DNA from: Alphaproteobacteria bacterium
Lineage (GTDB): Bacteria > Pseudomonadota > Alphaproteobacteria > Rs-D84
Direction: 5' to 3'
DNA length: 32,041 nt
Assembly: GCA_017650945.1 (NCBI GenBank)
Contig: JAGCDW010000027.1
Span: 1 to 32,041, forward strand
The translations under genes and the position numbers were made by a program. Shown here piece after piece: positions 8,418 through 18,134 of the stretch. Each line of letters opens with the position of its first letter. The first letter of the stretch is position 1. Below the pieces are notes generated by a model. It saw only the letters and a list, made by a program, of their open reading frames with translations. It did no database searches and had not been told where the DNA came from.

Positions 8418-11075
8418 ATGAGTAATAAATGGGTTTATACATTTGGTAACGGCCATGCCGAAGGTCGCGCCGATATGCGCAACTTGCTTGGTGGCAAGGG
8501 TGCAAATTTGGCGGAAATGAACTTGGTTGGGTTGCCGGTTCCGGCGGGTTTTACCGTTACGACCGAAGTTTGTACATACTACTACGAAAACAATCAAACA
8601 TATCCATCGGATTTGATGGATCAGGTTCGGGCCGGTATAGCGCATATTGAAAACATTATGGGCAAAAAATTTGCCGATATGGAAAATCCGCTTTTGGTGT
8701 CTGTGCGTTCGGGCGCGCGCGTTTCTATGCCGGGCATGATGGACACGGTTTTGAATTTGGGTTTGAATGATGAAACGGTGCGGGCATTGGCAAAAATCTC
8801 TGGAAATGAAAGATTTGCATACGATTCATATCGCCGCTTTATCATGATGTTCAGTGATGTTGTTCTGGGCGCGGATATCGATTTGTTCGAACACACTTTG
8901 GAACGCATGAAGGAAGATAAAGGTTACAAGGTTGACACGGAACTTACCGCGGACGATTTGAAACAATTGGTGGAACAGTTCAAAGAAATCGGTGTCAAAA
9001 TCGGTAAAGTTTTCCCCCAAGACCCATGGGAACAGTTAAAATTGGGTATTGGTGCGGTGTTCGGTTCATGGATGAGCAAAAAGGCCATCACATACCGCAA
9101 ACTGAACAATATTCCGGGCGATTGGGGTACCGCGGTCAATGTCCAGGCGATGGTCTTCGGAAATTCTGGCGATGACAGTGCGACCGGTGTATGTTTCAGC
9201 CGCGACCCTGCAACTGGCGAAAACAAATACTATGGTGAATATTTGATTAATGCCCAAGGTGAAGACGTTGTGGCCGGTATTCGCACTCCGCAACCTATGA
9301 GCAAGGACGATTCAGGTCGCGTGTCTTTGGAAGAAGCAATGCCGAATGTTTATAAAGAACTTTGCGATGTGCGCGAAAAATTGGAAAAGCACTACAAAGA
9401 TATGCAAGATATGGAATTTACCATCGAACACGGGAAACTTTGGATGTTGCAATGCCGTAATGGTAAACGCACTGCGGCGGCGGCGGTTCGTATGGCGGTT
9501 GAAATGGTGAACGAAGGTTTGCTGACCAAGGAAGAGGCGATTTTGCGCGTTGGTGCGGACCAGTTGAATCACTTACTGCACCCGATGTTGGACCCCAAGG
9601 CGGAAAAGAAAGTTATTGCGACCGGACTTCCGGCATCGCCGGGTGCCGCGGTGGGTATGGCGGTGTTCAATGCCGAAGATGCCGAAAAATGGGCGGCCGC
9701 GGGCAAGAAAGTTATGCTTATCCGCGTTGAAACATCACCCGAAGATATCGCCGGTATGAACGCGGCCCAAGGCGTGATTACTGCACGTGGTGGTATGACA
9801 TCGCACGCGGCGGTGGTTGCACGTGGTATGGGAACGCCGTGCGTTTCGGGTTCGCCGGATATTAAAATCGACTATGAATCCAAAACGATGAAAACCACAT
9901 CCGGCGCGGTTATCCACGAAGGCGATTGGGTTTCCATTGACGGGGCCAAAGGGCAAATTATCGAAGGTGCGGTTCCAACAGTTTCTGTGGAATTGACAGG
10001 TAATTTTGGAACGCTTATGCAATGGGTTGATGAAATCAAATCACTGACCGTCAAGGCAAATGCCGAAACGCCAAAGGATGCGAAACAGGCGCGCGATTTT
10101 GGTGCCGAAGGTATCGGACTTGCGCGTACGGAACACATGTTCTTTGACCCGGCGCGTATCCAAGACATGCGTGAAATGATTTTGGCCGAAGACGAAGACG
10201 GTCGCCGCGCTGCGCTGGCAAAACTGTTGCCGTATCAAAAGGCGGACTTTATCGAATTGTTCAAGATTATGGACGGACTGCCGGTTACTATCCGACTGAT
10301 TGACCCGCCATTACATGAATTCTTGCCACATACCGATGCAGATATTGCCGAATTGGCTGCTCACATCGGCAAACCAGTGGAATTTGTGAAACAGCGTGCG
10401 GACGCGTTGCATGAACAAAACCCAATGCTTGGGCATCGTGGTTGCCGTCTTGCGATAACATATCCGGAAATTTGCGAAATGCAAACACGCGCGATATTGT
10501 CGGCGGCCTTGGAATGCAAGCGCGCGGGCGTTTCAGTGCATCCAGAAATCGAGGTTCCGCTTGTTGGTTCGAAAAAAGAGGTTGATATAGTTAAATCTGT
10601 AATTGATGCAACGGCGAAATCGCTGTTTGCGGAAACGGGCGAAAGCGTCGAATACACGGTTGGTTCAATGATTGAATTGCCACGTGCGGCGGTTTTGGCG
10701 AACGAAATCGCGGAAAGTTGCGAATTCTTTGAATTTGGAACGAACGATTTGACTCAGACAACACTGGGGATGTCGCGCGATGATACAGGTAAAATCTTGG
10801 ATGAATACCGCGCCCGTGGAATCTATGTCGCCGACCCGTTTGCATCGGTTGATCAATTGGGTGTGGGCCTGCTGATAAAGGACGCTGTTGCCAAAGCGCG
10901 TGCGACCAAGGGCGACAAAATCCACCTTGGCGTGTGCGGTGAACATGGCGGCGACCCAGAATCAATTGAATTCTTCCATAAATGCGGATTCAATTCTGTT
11001 TCATGCAGTCCGTTCCGTGTGCCAATTGCACGCCTTGCGGCGGCCCAGGCGGCGGTTAAATTCCCACGGAAGTAA
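8418..11075 (+). CDS. ppdK: Pyruvate, phosphate dikinase
   Basis: LGGKGANLAEM, VSVRSGARVSMPGMMDT, GGMTSHAAVVARG (phospho-His) and GVCGEHGG. AAGGAG RBS. Confidence 0.98.
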   Translation: MSNKWVYTFGNGHAEGRADMRNLLGGKGANLAEMNLVGLPVPAGFTVTTEVCTYYYENNQTYPSDLMDQVRAGIAHIENIMGKKFADMENPLLVSVRSGARVSMPGMMDTVLNLGLNDETVRALAKISGNERFAYDSYRRFIMMFSDVVLGADIDLFEHTLERMKEDKGYKVDTELTADDLKQLVEQFKEIGVKIGKVFPQDPWEQLKLGIGAVFGSWMSKKAITYRKLNNIPGDWGTAVNVQAMVFGNSGDDSATGVCFSRDPATGENKYYGEYLINAQGEDVVAGIRTPQPMSKDDSGRVSLEEAMPNVYKELCDVREKLEKHYKDMQDMEFTIEHGKLWMLQCRNGKRTAAAAVRMAVEMVNEGLLTKEEAILRVGADQLNHLLHPMLDPKAEKKVIATGLPASPGAAVGMAVFNAEDAEKWAAAGKKVMLIRVETSPEDIAGMNAAQGVITARGGMTSHAAVVARGMGTPCVSGSPDIKIDYESKTMKTTSGAVIHEGDWVSIDGAKGQIIEGAVPTVSVELTGNFGTLMQWVDEIKSLTVKANAETPKDAKQARDFGAEGIGLARTEHMFFDPARIQDMREMILAEDEDGRRAALAKLLPYQKADFIELFKIMDGLPVTIRLIDPPLHEFLPHTDADIAELAAHIGKPVEFVKQRADALHEQNPMLGHRGCRLAITYPEICEMQTRAILSAALECKRAGVSVHPEIEVPLVGSKKEVDIVKSVIDATAKSLFAETGESVEYTVGSMIELPRAAVLANEIAESCEFFEFGTNDLTQTTLGMSRDDTGKILDEYRARGIYVADPFASVDQLGVGLLIKDAVAKARATKGDKIHLGVCGEHGGDPESIEFFHKCGFNSVSCSPFRVPIARLAAAQAAVKFPRK

Positions 11076-11086
11076 ATTTACCGCAT

Positions 11087-11124
11087 ACAAACAAAAACGC
11101 CCCACATGGGGCGTTTTTGTTTGT
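11087..11124. terminator. Bidirectional terminator
   Basis: Perfect 17-bp stem ACAAACAAAAACGCCCC-ACAT-GGGGCGTTTTTGTTTGT. Confidence 0.85.
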
Positions 11125-13730
11125 TATGTATCATCACTATCCGTTTCTGGCTTTATCTCAGGCACACCCATATCATTTATGATTGTGCAATATCCCCCAG
11201 TACCACAACAATTACGCCATGGGATATATGTACGATAGCCGTCTTCACACACACATGTTCCTCTTTCCGGATCGTATGTTGACTCCCCAGAACATGGACG
11301 GCAACTTAGTTCATCCGGGCTTGGTAAATATGGACTATGGGTATTGGAATTATCACACAGGCATGCGCCACCCAAAACATTACCGTTATTATTTTGGGCG
11401 GGATAAGAATGAGCCGGGCATTTGCGACATCTGCCTTTAAACCAGTGATAATTGTCGTCGCATGCACAATGACCCCAAAATTCAACAGGTTCCCCAGTTT
11501 GAATTTCATGTGAATTGTCTGGGCATGCCGCGGCTTCGGAACAAACCCCAGTGGACAGATATGTTCCGCCATTGTCACACGCCGGCAAACATGCGCCGTT
11601 AAAGGTTACAAAGCCTTCGCTACATTTACACATTGTGTTCACATATCCACCATAGTCGTTATTTGGCGATATGGCGTGATGCGACATTGTGTATATTGAA
11701 TTATCCGGGCATAGTAATGATTGATAGAATATTTCAGAAATGCTTTCTATACATGTATTTTGGTCTGATGATGTTTCTCTCTTTGGGCATCTGGTGGCAT
11801 CCGCCGAAAACACTGCGTATCCGCATGTAAGTGCGACATTACGGCATGCGCCACGCATAATGTTATACACACTGGACGATGCGGCCGTTGCCGACCAAGA
11901 ATTTATCTGTGAAACTTGGTTATTATAGCACGACGCAATATCATTCAAACACGTCGATGCATAGTCCGAAACAATCTGATATTGTGCGGCCTTGATATTT
12001 ACCATTGCGCGTTGGATATAGTTCACAACGATATCGTTATAGGGTTTATATGTCCCGCGGTCATCATAAGTATATGCGCGACATTTATCCAAAACCGGCC
12101 GGCAAAGCCCTTCGGCAGTCGCATCTTTTTGCGTTCCGATTTTGGTCAGCAAATATTTCATCACGCAACGTCCATCGTTTGAATTATCGGCACATTCGCC
12201 ATCACTTATCGTGGTGTTATATGCCTGACCCAAAGTGGTACTATTGATTGTTGCGTTACTGTATCCTGACATAAATTTTTGGATATTGTTTATATTCATC
12301 CCCAAAACTACATCGCCGTTTTCGTTGATATACTTCTTTGTCGGGTCAAGACATTTTGTATAGTCTTCGCCGCACACCATATCGTCTTTCATACAGGTTT
12401 CCAGCGCGCCGATACAGCCAATCGCATCGTAAGTATTCTGGTTTTGCAACACTGCGAGTCTCGCTTTTTGCAGCATACGTGTTGCACTGCGCACATTCGA
12501 CACCAATGTTTCGTTCATCTTGGTTAAGCCTTGCTCGTACGCGATGCAATCTTTATCAATCGCCAAATCATAGTTTCCTGTGATTTGCTCGGCCGTTGCG
12601 CCAACATCTTTGCATTGCTTTATTACGGTTTCACAGCGCCGCTTTGCGGCCTTGTAAAGTTCACCCCCACGCAGGTTTGAAAAACTGTTGTTCGAACCGG
12701 ACAAGAAATCAAGGCTAAACATATCCGATAAATCTTCGGACGAAAAATCTAAATCTATATCCAACAATCCATACGAATCAACGGCGTACGATGAACTGGA
12801 CGTAGTTTTCGGGTCCTTTATCATGCGTTCGATTTGCGACAACAAGTTCCGATTTTCCGTCGTATCAACAACACCAGTCATTGCTTCTTCGGCCTCGGTT
12901 GCGGACATAATCGCGGTAATTTCATCGGCCGAAAGTCCGACATAGCGAATATTTTGCGCGATTTCATTTAATTTCGTGTTGGCTTCTTTGACGGCATTTT
13001 CAACCTCTACATACTTGGCAAGATTCGCCGAACAAGAACAGCGTTTTTGATTTGTGTCAATCACTGCACAGAATTGGTCCATGCAATCGTTATATTGTTC
13101 TTGGCAAGATTTATTCAACGCAGACTTTTGTTCCAGTTGTTCTTTGGCCTCTGCGATGGATGCAGAGTCTAATTTCTCATCGCTGCGCGTCTGTCGTAAT
13201 GTTGCAATACGCGGGCTAAGGTTGCTTATTTCCGAAGATATGTTTGAACCGGTCTGCGCGCCAGATTCTAATATCGCACGACCACCAACCTCCGCTGTGG
13301 ACGGGCGCAGAGTCAATCCCATGCGTCGCACGGCTGGGTTAGCGTTTATGCTTGCGGCTTCGGTGCGCTGGGAACGGCCAGTATTACGAACGGCGGCTTC
13401 CAAGTTGCTGCGTGTGGAATCTTGCGGTGTTTGCGAACGGGTTGTTGAAACTGCGCGACCCGCAGAACGCGTTGTTGTTTGAACTTCGCGTGTTGCATCG
13501 GTTGGAATTGTACGAACGATACTGCGTGTAACCGCGCCACGGTCTGTCTGTTCAGTCGTTGTCCGCGTTGCGTTTCGTACTGGCGCGACAGACCTTTCGT
13601 CAGTTGCGGATATGTCGTCGCCACCCATTGTTGTATTTGTTCCAGGAATAACACGTGAAGGCACCGCCGCCACGCAAACCGTGGCCGGCGCATACAGTGC
13701 AATTAAAAATCCAAGTGTTAAACCCCTCAT
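11124..13730 (-). CDS. Large secreted Cys-rich hypothetical protein with C-terminal EGF/TNFR-like Cys repeats
   Basis: Signal peptide, R/T/S-rich N-terminus, CxxxYxxCMDxFC...RCxC motif, and C-terminal CPxNS/CxC repeats. Start is the ATG at 13730 or a codon just upstream. Confidence 0.85.
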   Translation of the reverse strand: MRGLTLGFLIALYAPATVCVAAVPSRVIPGTNTTMGGDDISATDERSVAPVRNATRTTTEQTDRGAVTRSIVRTIPTDATREVQTTTRSAGRAVSTTRSQTPQDSTRSNLEAAVRNTGRSQRTEAASINANPAVRRMGLTLRPSTAEVGGRAILESGAQTGSNISSEISNLSPRIATLRQTRSDEKLDSASIAEAKEQLEQKSALNKSCQEQYNDCMDQFCAVIDTNQKRCSCSANLAKYVEVENAVKEANTKLNEIAQNIRYVGLSADEITAIMSATEAEEAMTGVVDTTENRNLLSQIERMIKDPKTTSSSSYAVDSYGLLDIDLDFSSEDLSDMFSLDFLSGSNNSFSNLRGGELYKAAKRRCETVIKQCKDVGATAEQITGNYDLAIDKDCIAYEQGLTKMNETLVSNVRSATRMLQKARLAVLQNQNTYDAIGCIGALETCMKDDMVCGEDYTKCLDPTKKYINENGDVVLGMNINNIQKFMSGYSNATINSTTLGQAYNTTISDGECADNSNDGRCVMKYLLTKIGTQKDATAEGLCRPVLDKCRAYTYDDRGTYKPYNDIVVNYIQRAMVNIKAAQYQIVSDYASTCLNDIASCYNNQVSQINSWSATAASSSVYNIMRGACRNVALTCGYAVFSADATRCPKRETSSDQNTCIESISEIFYQSLLCPDNSIYTMSHHAISPNNDYGGYVNTMCKCSEGFVTFNGACLPACDNGGTYLSTGVCSEAAACPDNSHEIQTGEPVEFWGHCACDDNYHWFKGRCRKCPAHSYPAQNNNGNVLGGACLCDNSNTHSPYLPSPDELSCRPCSGESTYDPERGTCVCEDGYRTYIPWRNCCGTGGYCTIINDMGVPEIKPETDSDDT

Positions 13731-13787
13731 ACTTACCGACAATTATATCATAAAATAAAAGGGGAAAAAAGGTAAAAGTGGGAAGTG

Positions 13788-13986
13788 TTAGTGTAAGTGG
13801 TTAGTCGTCTCTGAAATCAATCCGTAATTGTGCAATAATCCCAGAAAGCAAAGTTCCCCTCTGGAAACTACCCATAAAAATGTTGCACATTTTTTGCGGG
13901 ACCCGCTAGAGCGGTGCCACGGCACCGCTTTGCGGTGACGGGCGGGGCGTGATTCACTAACCACTAGCTACCTACACTTACACTAA
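13788..13986. repeat. MITE/REP-like element with terminal inverted repeats and nested hairpins
   Basis: Inverted pairs TTAGTGTAAGTG (13788-13799) / CACTTACACTAA (13975-13986) and AGTGGTTAGT / ACTAACCACT. Internal hairpins AAAAATGT-TGC-ACATTTTT and AGCGGTGCC-AC-GGCACCGCT. Confidence 0.6.
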
Positions 13987-14012
13987 AAAAACCGCCATGC
14001 GGCGGTCTTTTT
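13985..14012 (-). terminator. Terminator of rplU-rpmA
   Basis: ACCGCC-ATGC-GGCGGT flanked by A and T runs. Confidence 0.75.
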
Positions 14013-14013
14013 A

Positions 14014-14280
14014 TTATTTTGCGCTTTCGTCAGGAATGACCGATACGGTCTTGCGATCACGGAATCCACGTTTGAACGCAACCTTGCCTGGAACTTTGGC
14101 AAATATTGTGTGGTCTTTACCCATACCGACATTTTCACCCGGATGAACGGCGGTTCCGCGTTGGCGAATAATGATATTGCCCGGAATCACGTGCGCGCCA
14201 CCGGATTTTTTAATCCCAAGTCTGCGTCCCGCTGAATCGCGTCCATTTGCGGTACTCGCGCCACCTTTCTTATGTGCCAT
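14014..14280 (-). CDS. rpmA: 50S ribosomal protein L27
   Basis: [29 protein letters not shown]. Confidence 0.98.
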   Translation of the reverse strand: MAHKKGGASTANGRDSAGRRLGIKKSGGAHVIPGNIIIRQRGTAVHPGENVGMGKDHTIFAKVPGKVAFKRGFRDRKTVSVIPDESAK

Positions 14281-14297
14281 AATTAAACTCCTTTAAT

Positions 14298-14597
14298 TTA
14301 GCCCTTGATTTCTTTGATTTTCAACACGGTTATAAATTGACGATGACCGCGTGTGCGACGATAATTTTGGCGGCGTTTTTTCTTGAACACCAAAACTTTG
14401 TCCGCGCGTTTTTGTTCGACAACGGTTGCCACCACTTTTGCGCCGTCAATTGTCGGGGTTCCAACAGTTTCACCCAACATCAAGACGTGGTCAAATGTGA
14501 CATCGCCGGTCGCGTCCAATTTTTCAACCTTGATAACATCACCGACCTTTACGCGATATTGCTTTCCGCCGGTTTGAAAGATTGCAAAGTCACTCAT
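14298..14597 (-). CDS. rplU: 50S ribosomal protein L21
   Basis: [25 protein letters not shown]. Confidence 0.98.
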   Translation of the reverse strand: MSDFAIFQTGGKQYRVKVGDVIKVEKLDATGDVTFDHVLMLGETVGTPTIDGAKVVATVVEQKRADKVLVFKKKRRQNYRRTRGHRQFITVLKIKEIKG

Positions 14598-14640
14598 ATT
14601 TTTTCCTTTTATTTTAACTTTTGTCTAAAAGTTTATGCAA

Positions 14641-14668
14641 ATAATACAGTTTTAATACCAAAAGTCAA
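14641..14668 (-). promoter_or_regulatory. Putative rplU promoter
   Basis: Minus strand TTGACT-16 bp-TATTAT. Confidence 0.45.
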
Positions 14669-14713
14669 GCATTTTGTCGAAAATTTTAGACAAAAGGTAA
14701 GTGGCTCAGAGAA

Positions 14714-14803
14714 CCGTCACACCGCCGCACATTTATTTAAATGTCTGCGACGCAAGTTTTTGCATTCGCAAAAACTGGATCCCGGCCTTCGCCGGGATGA
14801 CGG
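14714..14803. repeat. REP-like palindromic element (GGATCCCGGC-CTTC-GCCGGGATGAC type)
   Basis: Tandem hairpins AGTTTTTGC-ATTC-GCAAAAACT and ATCCCGGC-CTTC-GCCGGGAT, enclosed by CCGTCA / TGACGG. Confidence 0.65.
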
Positions 14804-14822
14804 AGAAAATGTGGAGTACCGT

Positions 14823-14851
14823 AAAAAAAAACGGCGCCACCACGCCGTTTT
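14823..14851 (-). terminator. Terminator of the 14871..16979 gene
   Basis: AAAACGGCG-CCACCA-CGCCGTTTT with a long A run on the plus strand. Confidence 0.7.
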
Positions 14852-14870
14852 AATAGAAGTCAGAAAACCT

Positions 14871-16979
14871 TTAATTTCCATTTGTTTCTGGTTTAGTCCA
14901 ATTACGGATACAATCTGGATTTCCATTAAGATTACCAACAATTCCAGCGGCAATATCTGATAATCTAGAACATCCTAACCTTTCTTGCAAACATTGTTCA
15001 CGAAACTCTGCGGAATTTCCAGTATCTGTTGGATTTGACGGTGTATCTGTCTCCGCCGCTGCTTCATACAATATTTCATGCAATGTCACAACATTACGGC
15101 AAGTGTTTGCTGTGTAATCGCTTGCGTTCCAAGTACAGGAAGCACTATCTGGTTTATCAATAACTGCCCTGAACTGTGCATACGACGGATTGCAAATCAT
15201 ATCTTGATAGCAATGCGGGACATTTGCAATCTGGGCACAGTATGTTTTAATACGCGCTGTTGGCCAATTTGGGTTCGACGAAGCCTGGGTTTCATAGCAA
15301 TCCCAAAGTTCACTTATACATTCGTTAAAGTTCGTCCCCGCGGCCGTTGCCTTGGATAATGTGTCGTTCCGTTCTTCATTATAGAATTCCAAACGTTTTT
15401 GTTGCAATGCCTGTTGTGCAGCGACCTTTTGATACGCAATCTTTTGTGCGGTTGCCTTTAACTGTTCACCGTACAAATCGCAATCCGCGTTCGCATCCAA
15501 TAGGTATTTTTGCATCACACTGCGCCGCGCATCCGCAACCGGCCCACGCAAACTTTCATACGGGTCGTTCGAAGAACTGTACCCAAAGCAAGATGCAGTG
15601 GTATTCGAACCGATATTGCTACGTTCGTTCAACTTTACATCGCCCGACGAAGAAATCGTCACTTTGCTGTTGTAGTTAAACGGACAAGACGATGTTGCAC
15701 CGTTCGCGCAACGACCACCCGACGGCGGTGTGCCACAACCTTCGTATATACCATTAAAGCAAGAATCAAGTACGCGCGCACAAACATTATTATGTGCATA
15801 GCGGAACAAATCGTATCCCCATGTTTCCGCAAGTGTATCAATCGTTTCGCCGGAAACAAGCGAATTAGCAGAACCATAGATTCCGTTCACAAGTTCGGTC
15901 ACATATGCATTGGTTTCATCTAAAACAGTGACATTATCCGCCAAAATTGTGTTTGTGTTTTCTTTTACCTGGTCCGCCCACGCCGAAAGCGATGCAAGAA
16001 TATCCGACCCCGCACCATCCAGATTGGCGACATTAAATCCGTAAACGCTCTCGTTTGTACAATAAGCCGGCGCAACAGAATAAGAGCAAGAACCAGATGC
16101 GAACAAAGCGTGTTCTGCACACCAATTACCAAAATTTTTCTCACTTGTTCCGTTATTACTCGCCTCTCTCCACGAAACGCAATTCATAACCTTTTCCGCA
16201 TCGGTCAGTTCGAATGCCGCGCTAACCTCTTTTCCTTTGTTTGCAATCAGCAACGCCAACTGTCCGGAAATTTTGATAAGTTCTTCGTTCGCGGAATTAA
16301 GCGCGTCTTCGGCCTCTGCAAATGCTTTGACGCGTCCGGCGCACGCGCAACGACGCTGTGCCTCGTTCCGGGCGGTGCAGATTTCGTCCATGCACGTATA
16401 GTATGATTCCAAACAGTTGCTATACGCGTCCGCGGAAATAAGCCCCGTCGAAGAATCAACGATATTGCTGTAATTCCCGGTGTAAAGTTTGCTGTTCAAA
16501 TAAGTATAATATGTTCCGCTGACGGTCTTTGTTCCGCGGATTGCATCGCCTTGTAACGAAACGCGCGACTTATTGGTTGTTGTTGTACTGCGTGGGCGCA
16601 CATTGCGCGTTGTTACCCCGCGTGAAGAACGCCGTGCCAATTCACGTGTTACAACACCGCGGGCGGTTGCGCCACGCGCGATATCAGTTGTTGGACGCTG
16701 CACAACATTGCGTTTTGCGGTGGTTGTGGTTTCGGCGGCCCCTGTTGTTGGCCGCGCGGCGGTTGTACGCACATTTCGACCACTTTGGTTGCGTGGACTT
16801 TGCCGCCCCAGTGTTAAACCATCACTCATGGCATCATCGTTACCAAGTACCGGTGCAATCGGGTCTGCGAAAACAACCCGCATAGATAAAAATGTTGAAC
16901 AAACCAAAAACGCACCCATCAGCAAGAACATCGTGCCTAACGCATTTTTGCCAAAATTTTGTAAAGAATTTTTTTTCAT
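14871..16979 (-). CDS. Large secreted Cys-rich hypothetical protein, paralog of 11124..13730
   Basis: AGGAG RBS, signal peptide, R/T-rich N-terminus, CLESYYTCMDEIC...RRCAC motif. Confidence 0.85.
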   Translation of the reverse strand: MKKNSLQNFGKNALGTMFLLMGAFLVCSTFLSMRVVFADPIAPVLGNDDAMSDGLTLGRQSPRNQSGRNVRTTAARPTTGAAETTTTAKRNVVQRPTTDIARGATARGVVTRELARRSSRGVTTRNVRPRSTTTTNKSRVSLQGDAIRGTKTVSGTYYTYLNSKLYTGNYSNIVDSSTGLISADAYSNCLESYYTCMDEICTARNEAQRRCACAGRVKAFAEAEDALNSANEELIKISGQLALLIANKGKEVSAAFELTDAEKVMNCVSWREASNNGTSEKNFGNWCAEHALFASGSCSYSVAPAYCTNESVYGFNVANLDGAGSDILASLSAWADQVKENTNTILADNVTVLDETNAYVTELVNGIYGSANSLVSGETIDTLAETWGYDLFRYAHNNVCARVLDSCFNGIYEGCGTPPSGGRCANGATSSCPFNYNSKVTISSSGDVKLNERSNIGSNTTASCFGYSSSNDPYESLRGPVADARRSVMQKYLLDANADCDLYGEQLKATAQKIAYQKVAAQQALQQKRLEFYNEERNDTLSKATAAGTNFNECISELWDCYETQASSNPNWPTARIKTYCAQIANVPHCYQDMICNPSYAQFRAVIDKPDSASCTWNASDYTANTCRNVVTLHEILYEAAAETDTPSNPTDTGNSAEFREQCLQERLGCSRLSDIAAGIVGNLNGNPDCIRNWTKPETNGN

Positions 16980-17097
16980 GAAACTCTCCTAAATATCCCA
17001 AGACCCTTGGAATTCCAACCTTTCCACCGTATAGTCCGAAATGAACTATACTACTACCAGAGTTATTATAACAGATTCATAAATTTTTGTAAACAAG

Positions 17098-17120
17098 AAA
17101 ACCCGCCATGAGGCGGGTAA
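17098..17120 (-). terminator. Terminator of the 17140..17430 gene
   Basis: AAAACCCGCC-ATGA-GGCGGGT. Confidence 0.7.
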
Positions 17121-17139
17121 TTTTTTACAGAAAAAATTT

Positions 17140-17430
17140 TTATTCAGAAACCGTTTCTTCTTCAACTGTTTCAACGACCTCTGCCGGTTCCGGATTTTCG
17201 ACGGGCGCGACAGATTCTTCTTCTGTTACGACAACCGGTTCTGTCGGAACTGCGGTTTCAACAGGCGCCGCATCTTCAGCCAAAGCGGCATCAGTAACAT
17301 CACCCGAATCCGTAACCACAGAATCAACAACAACTTGTTCGTTTTCTGTTGTGCTTACCACCAACTCGGCATTTGCACCATAAATTGCAACAATCCCCAA
17401 CATTAACCCAAGTGCTAATACTTTTTTCAT
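17140..17430 (-). CDS. Small secreted acidic (Glu/Val/Pro-rich) protein
   Basis: GGGGAG RBS, ATG at 17430, signal peptide MKKVLALGLMLGIVAIYGANA. Confidence 0.75.
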   Translation of the reverse strand: MKKVLALGLMLGIVAIYGANAELVVSTTENEQVVVDSVVTDSGDVTDAALAEDAAPVETAVPTEPVVVTEEESVAPVENPEPAEVVETVEEETVSE

Positions 17431-17499
17431 TTTTTCTCCCCTTTTTACGCACACACATGGTAATTTTTTTTACGCATCTATGTCAACAGTTTTATTTTA

Positions 17500-18081
17500 T
17501 TGCGCTTAAAATACGTTCATAATATAATCAAAATTTTAGTTACAGTTTTTCTAGTTTCGTGTTATAACGCCGCAATTGCGCAAGATAATGTGTTTTTTGA
17601 CGATGGCGATGAAAATTCGCTGTCGATTTATGTGGCGCAAAGTACTGGTTCTGGGTCGCTGTTACATTTGTTTTATCCAGGCGATTGGGAAATAGTTCCG
17701 ATGACGGCGGTGATGGTGGAATATGCGCAACCTATGAAGATATTCCGCCTGCCGGCACGTATGAATTTGAATCTGATTCAAAATACGGCGTATAATTCTG
17801 CGCGGGGCCTTTCATTCTTTGGTGGCGGTGTTTCTTGGGACGTTGCGCCAATTTCGTGGCATGGAATTTATGCTGGAATCGGATTTGGACCATATTACCG
17901 TAACAACCGCGACCGTTGGGTTTCAAGTCGCCTGGTGTTTGGGGAAAAGTTTTTTATTGGTGCGCGTGTTGCAGAACATATGCGGGTTGAATTTGTAACG
18001 TTACACTTTTCAAATGGTGATTTTACGGAAACGAACCTTGGTTTTAATTACGCCGGCCTATCGTTTACATATGGTTTTTAA
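17500..18081 (+). CDS. PagL-family outer-membrane lipid A 3-O-deacylase / acyloxyacyl hydrolase
   Basis: Signal peptide, beta-barrel alternation, H-x-S-N-G catalytic motif (LHFSNG...NLGFN) and terminal Phe. Exact start uncertain. Confidence 0.75.
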   Translation: MRLKYVHNIIKILVTVFLVSCYNAAIAQDNVFFDDGDENSLSIYVAQSTGSGSLLHLFYPGDWEIVPMTAVMVEYAQPMKIFRLPARMNLNLIQNTAYNSARGLSFFGGGVSWDVAPISWHGIYAGIGFGPYYRNNRDRWVSSRLVFGEKFFIGARVAEHMRVEFVTLHFSNGDFTETNLGFNYAGLSFTYGF

Positions 18082-18134
18082 TTAAAAAAACGCTAGCATG
18101 ACGTGTTCACTAACACTAACCCTTACACCGTTCA

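Noticed and set aside
4462-16992. Numerous antisense or alternate-frame ORFs inside valS, the thioesterase, ppdK and the large secreted genes
   Set aside because: Shadow ORFs of well-supported genes, with no recognisable motifs.
16990-17060. Riboswitch in the leader of the 702-aa gene
   Set aside because: Only an 8-bp hairpin (GTATAGTC/GACTATAC) and short stems are present, with no aptamer consensus I recognise.
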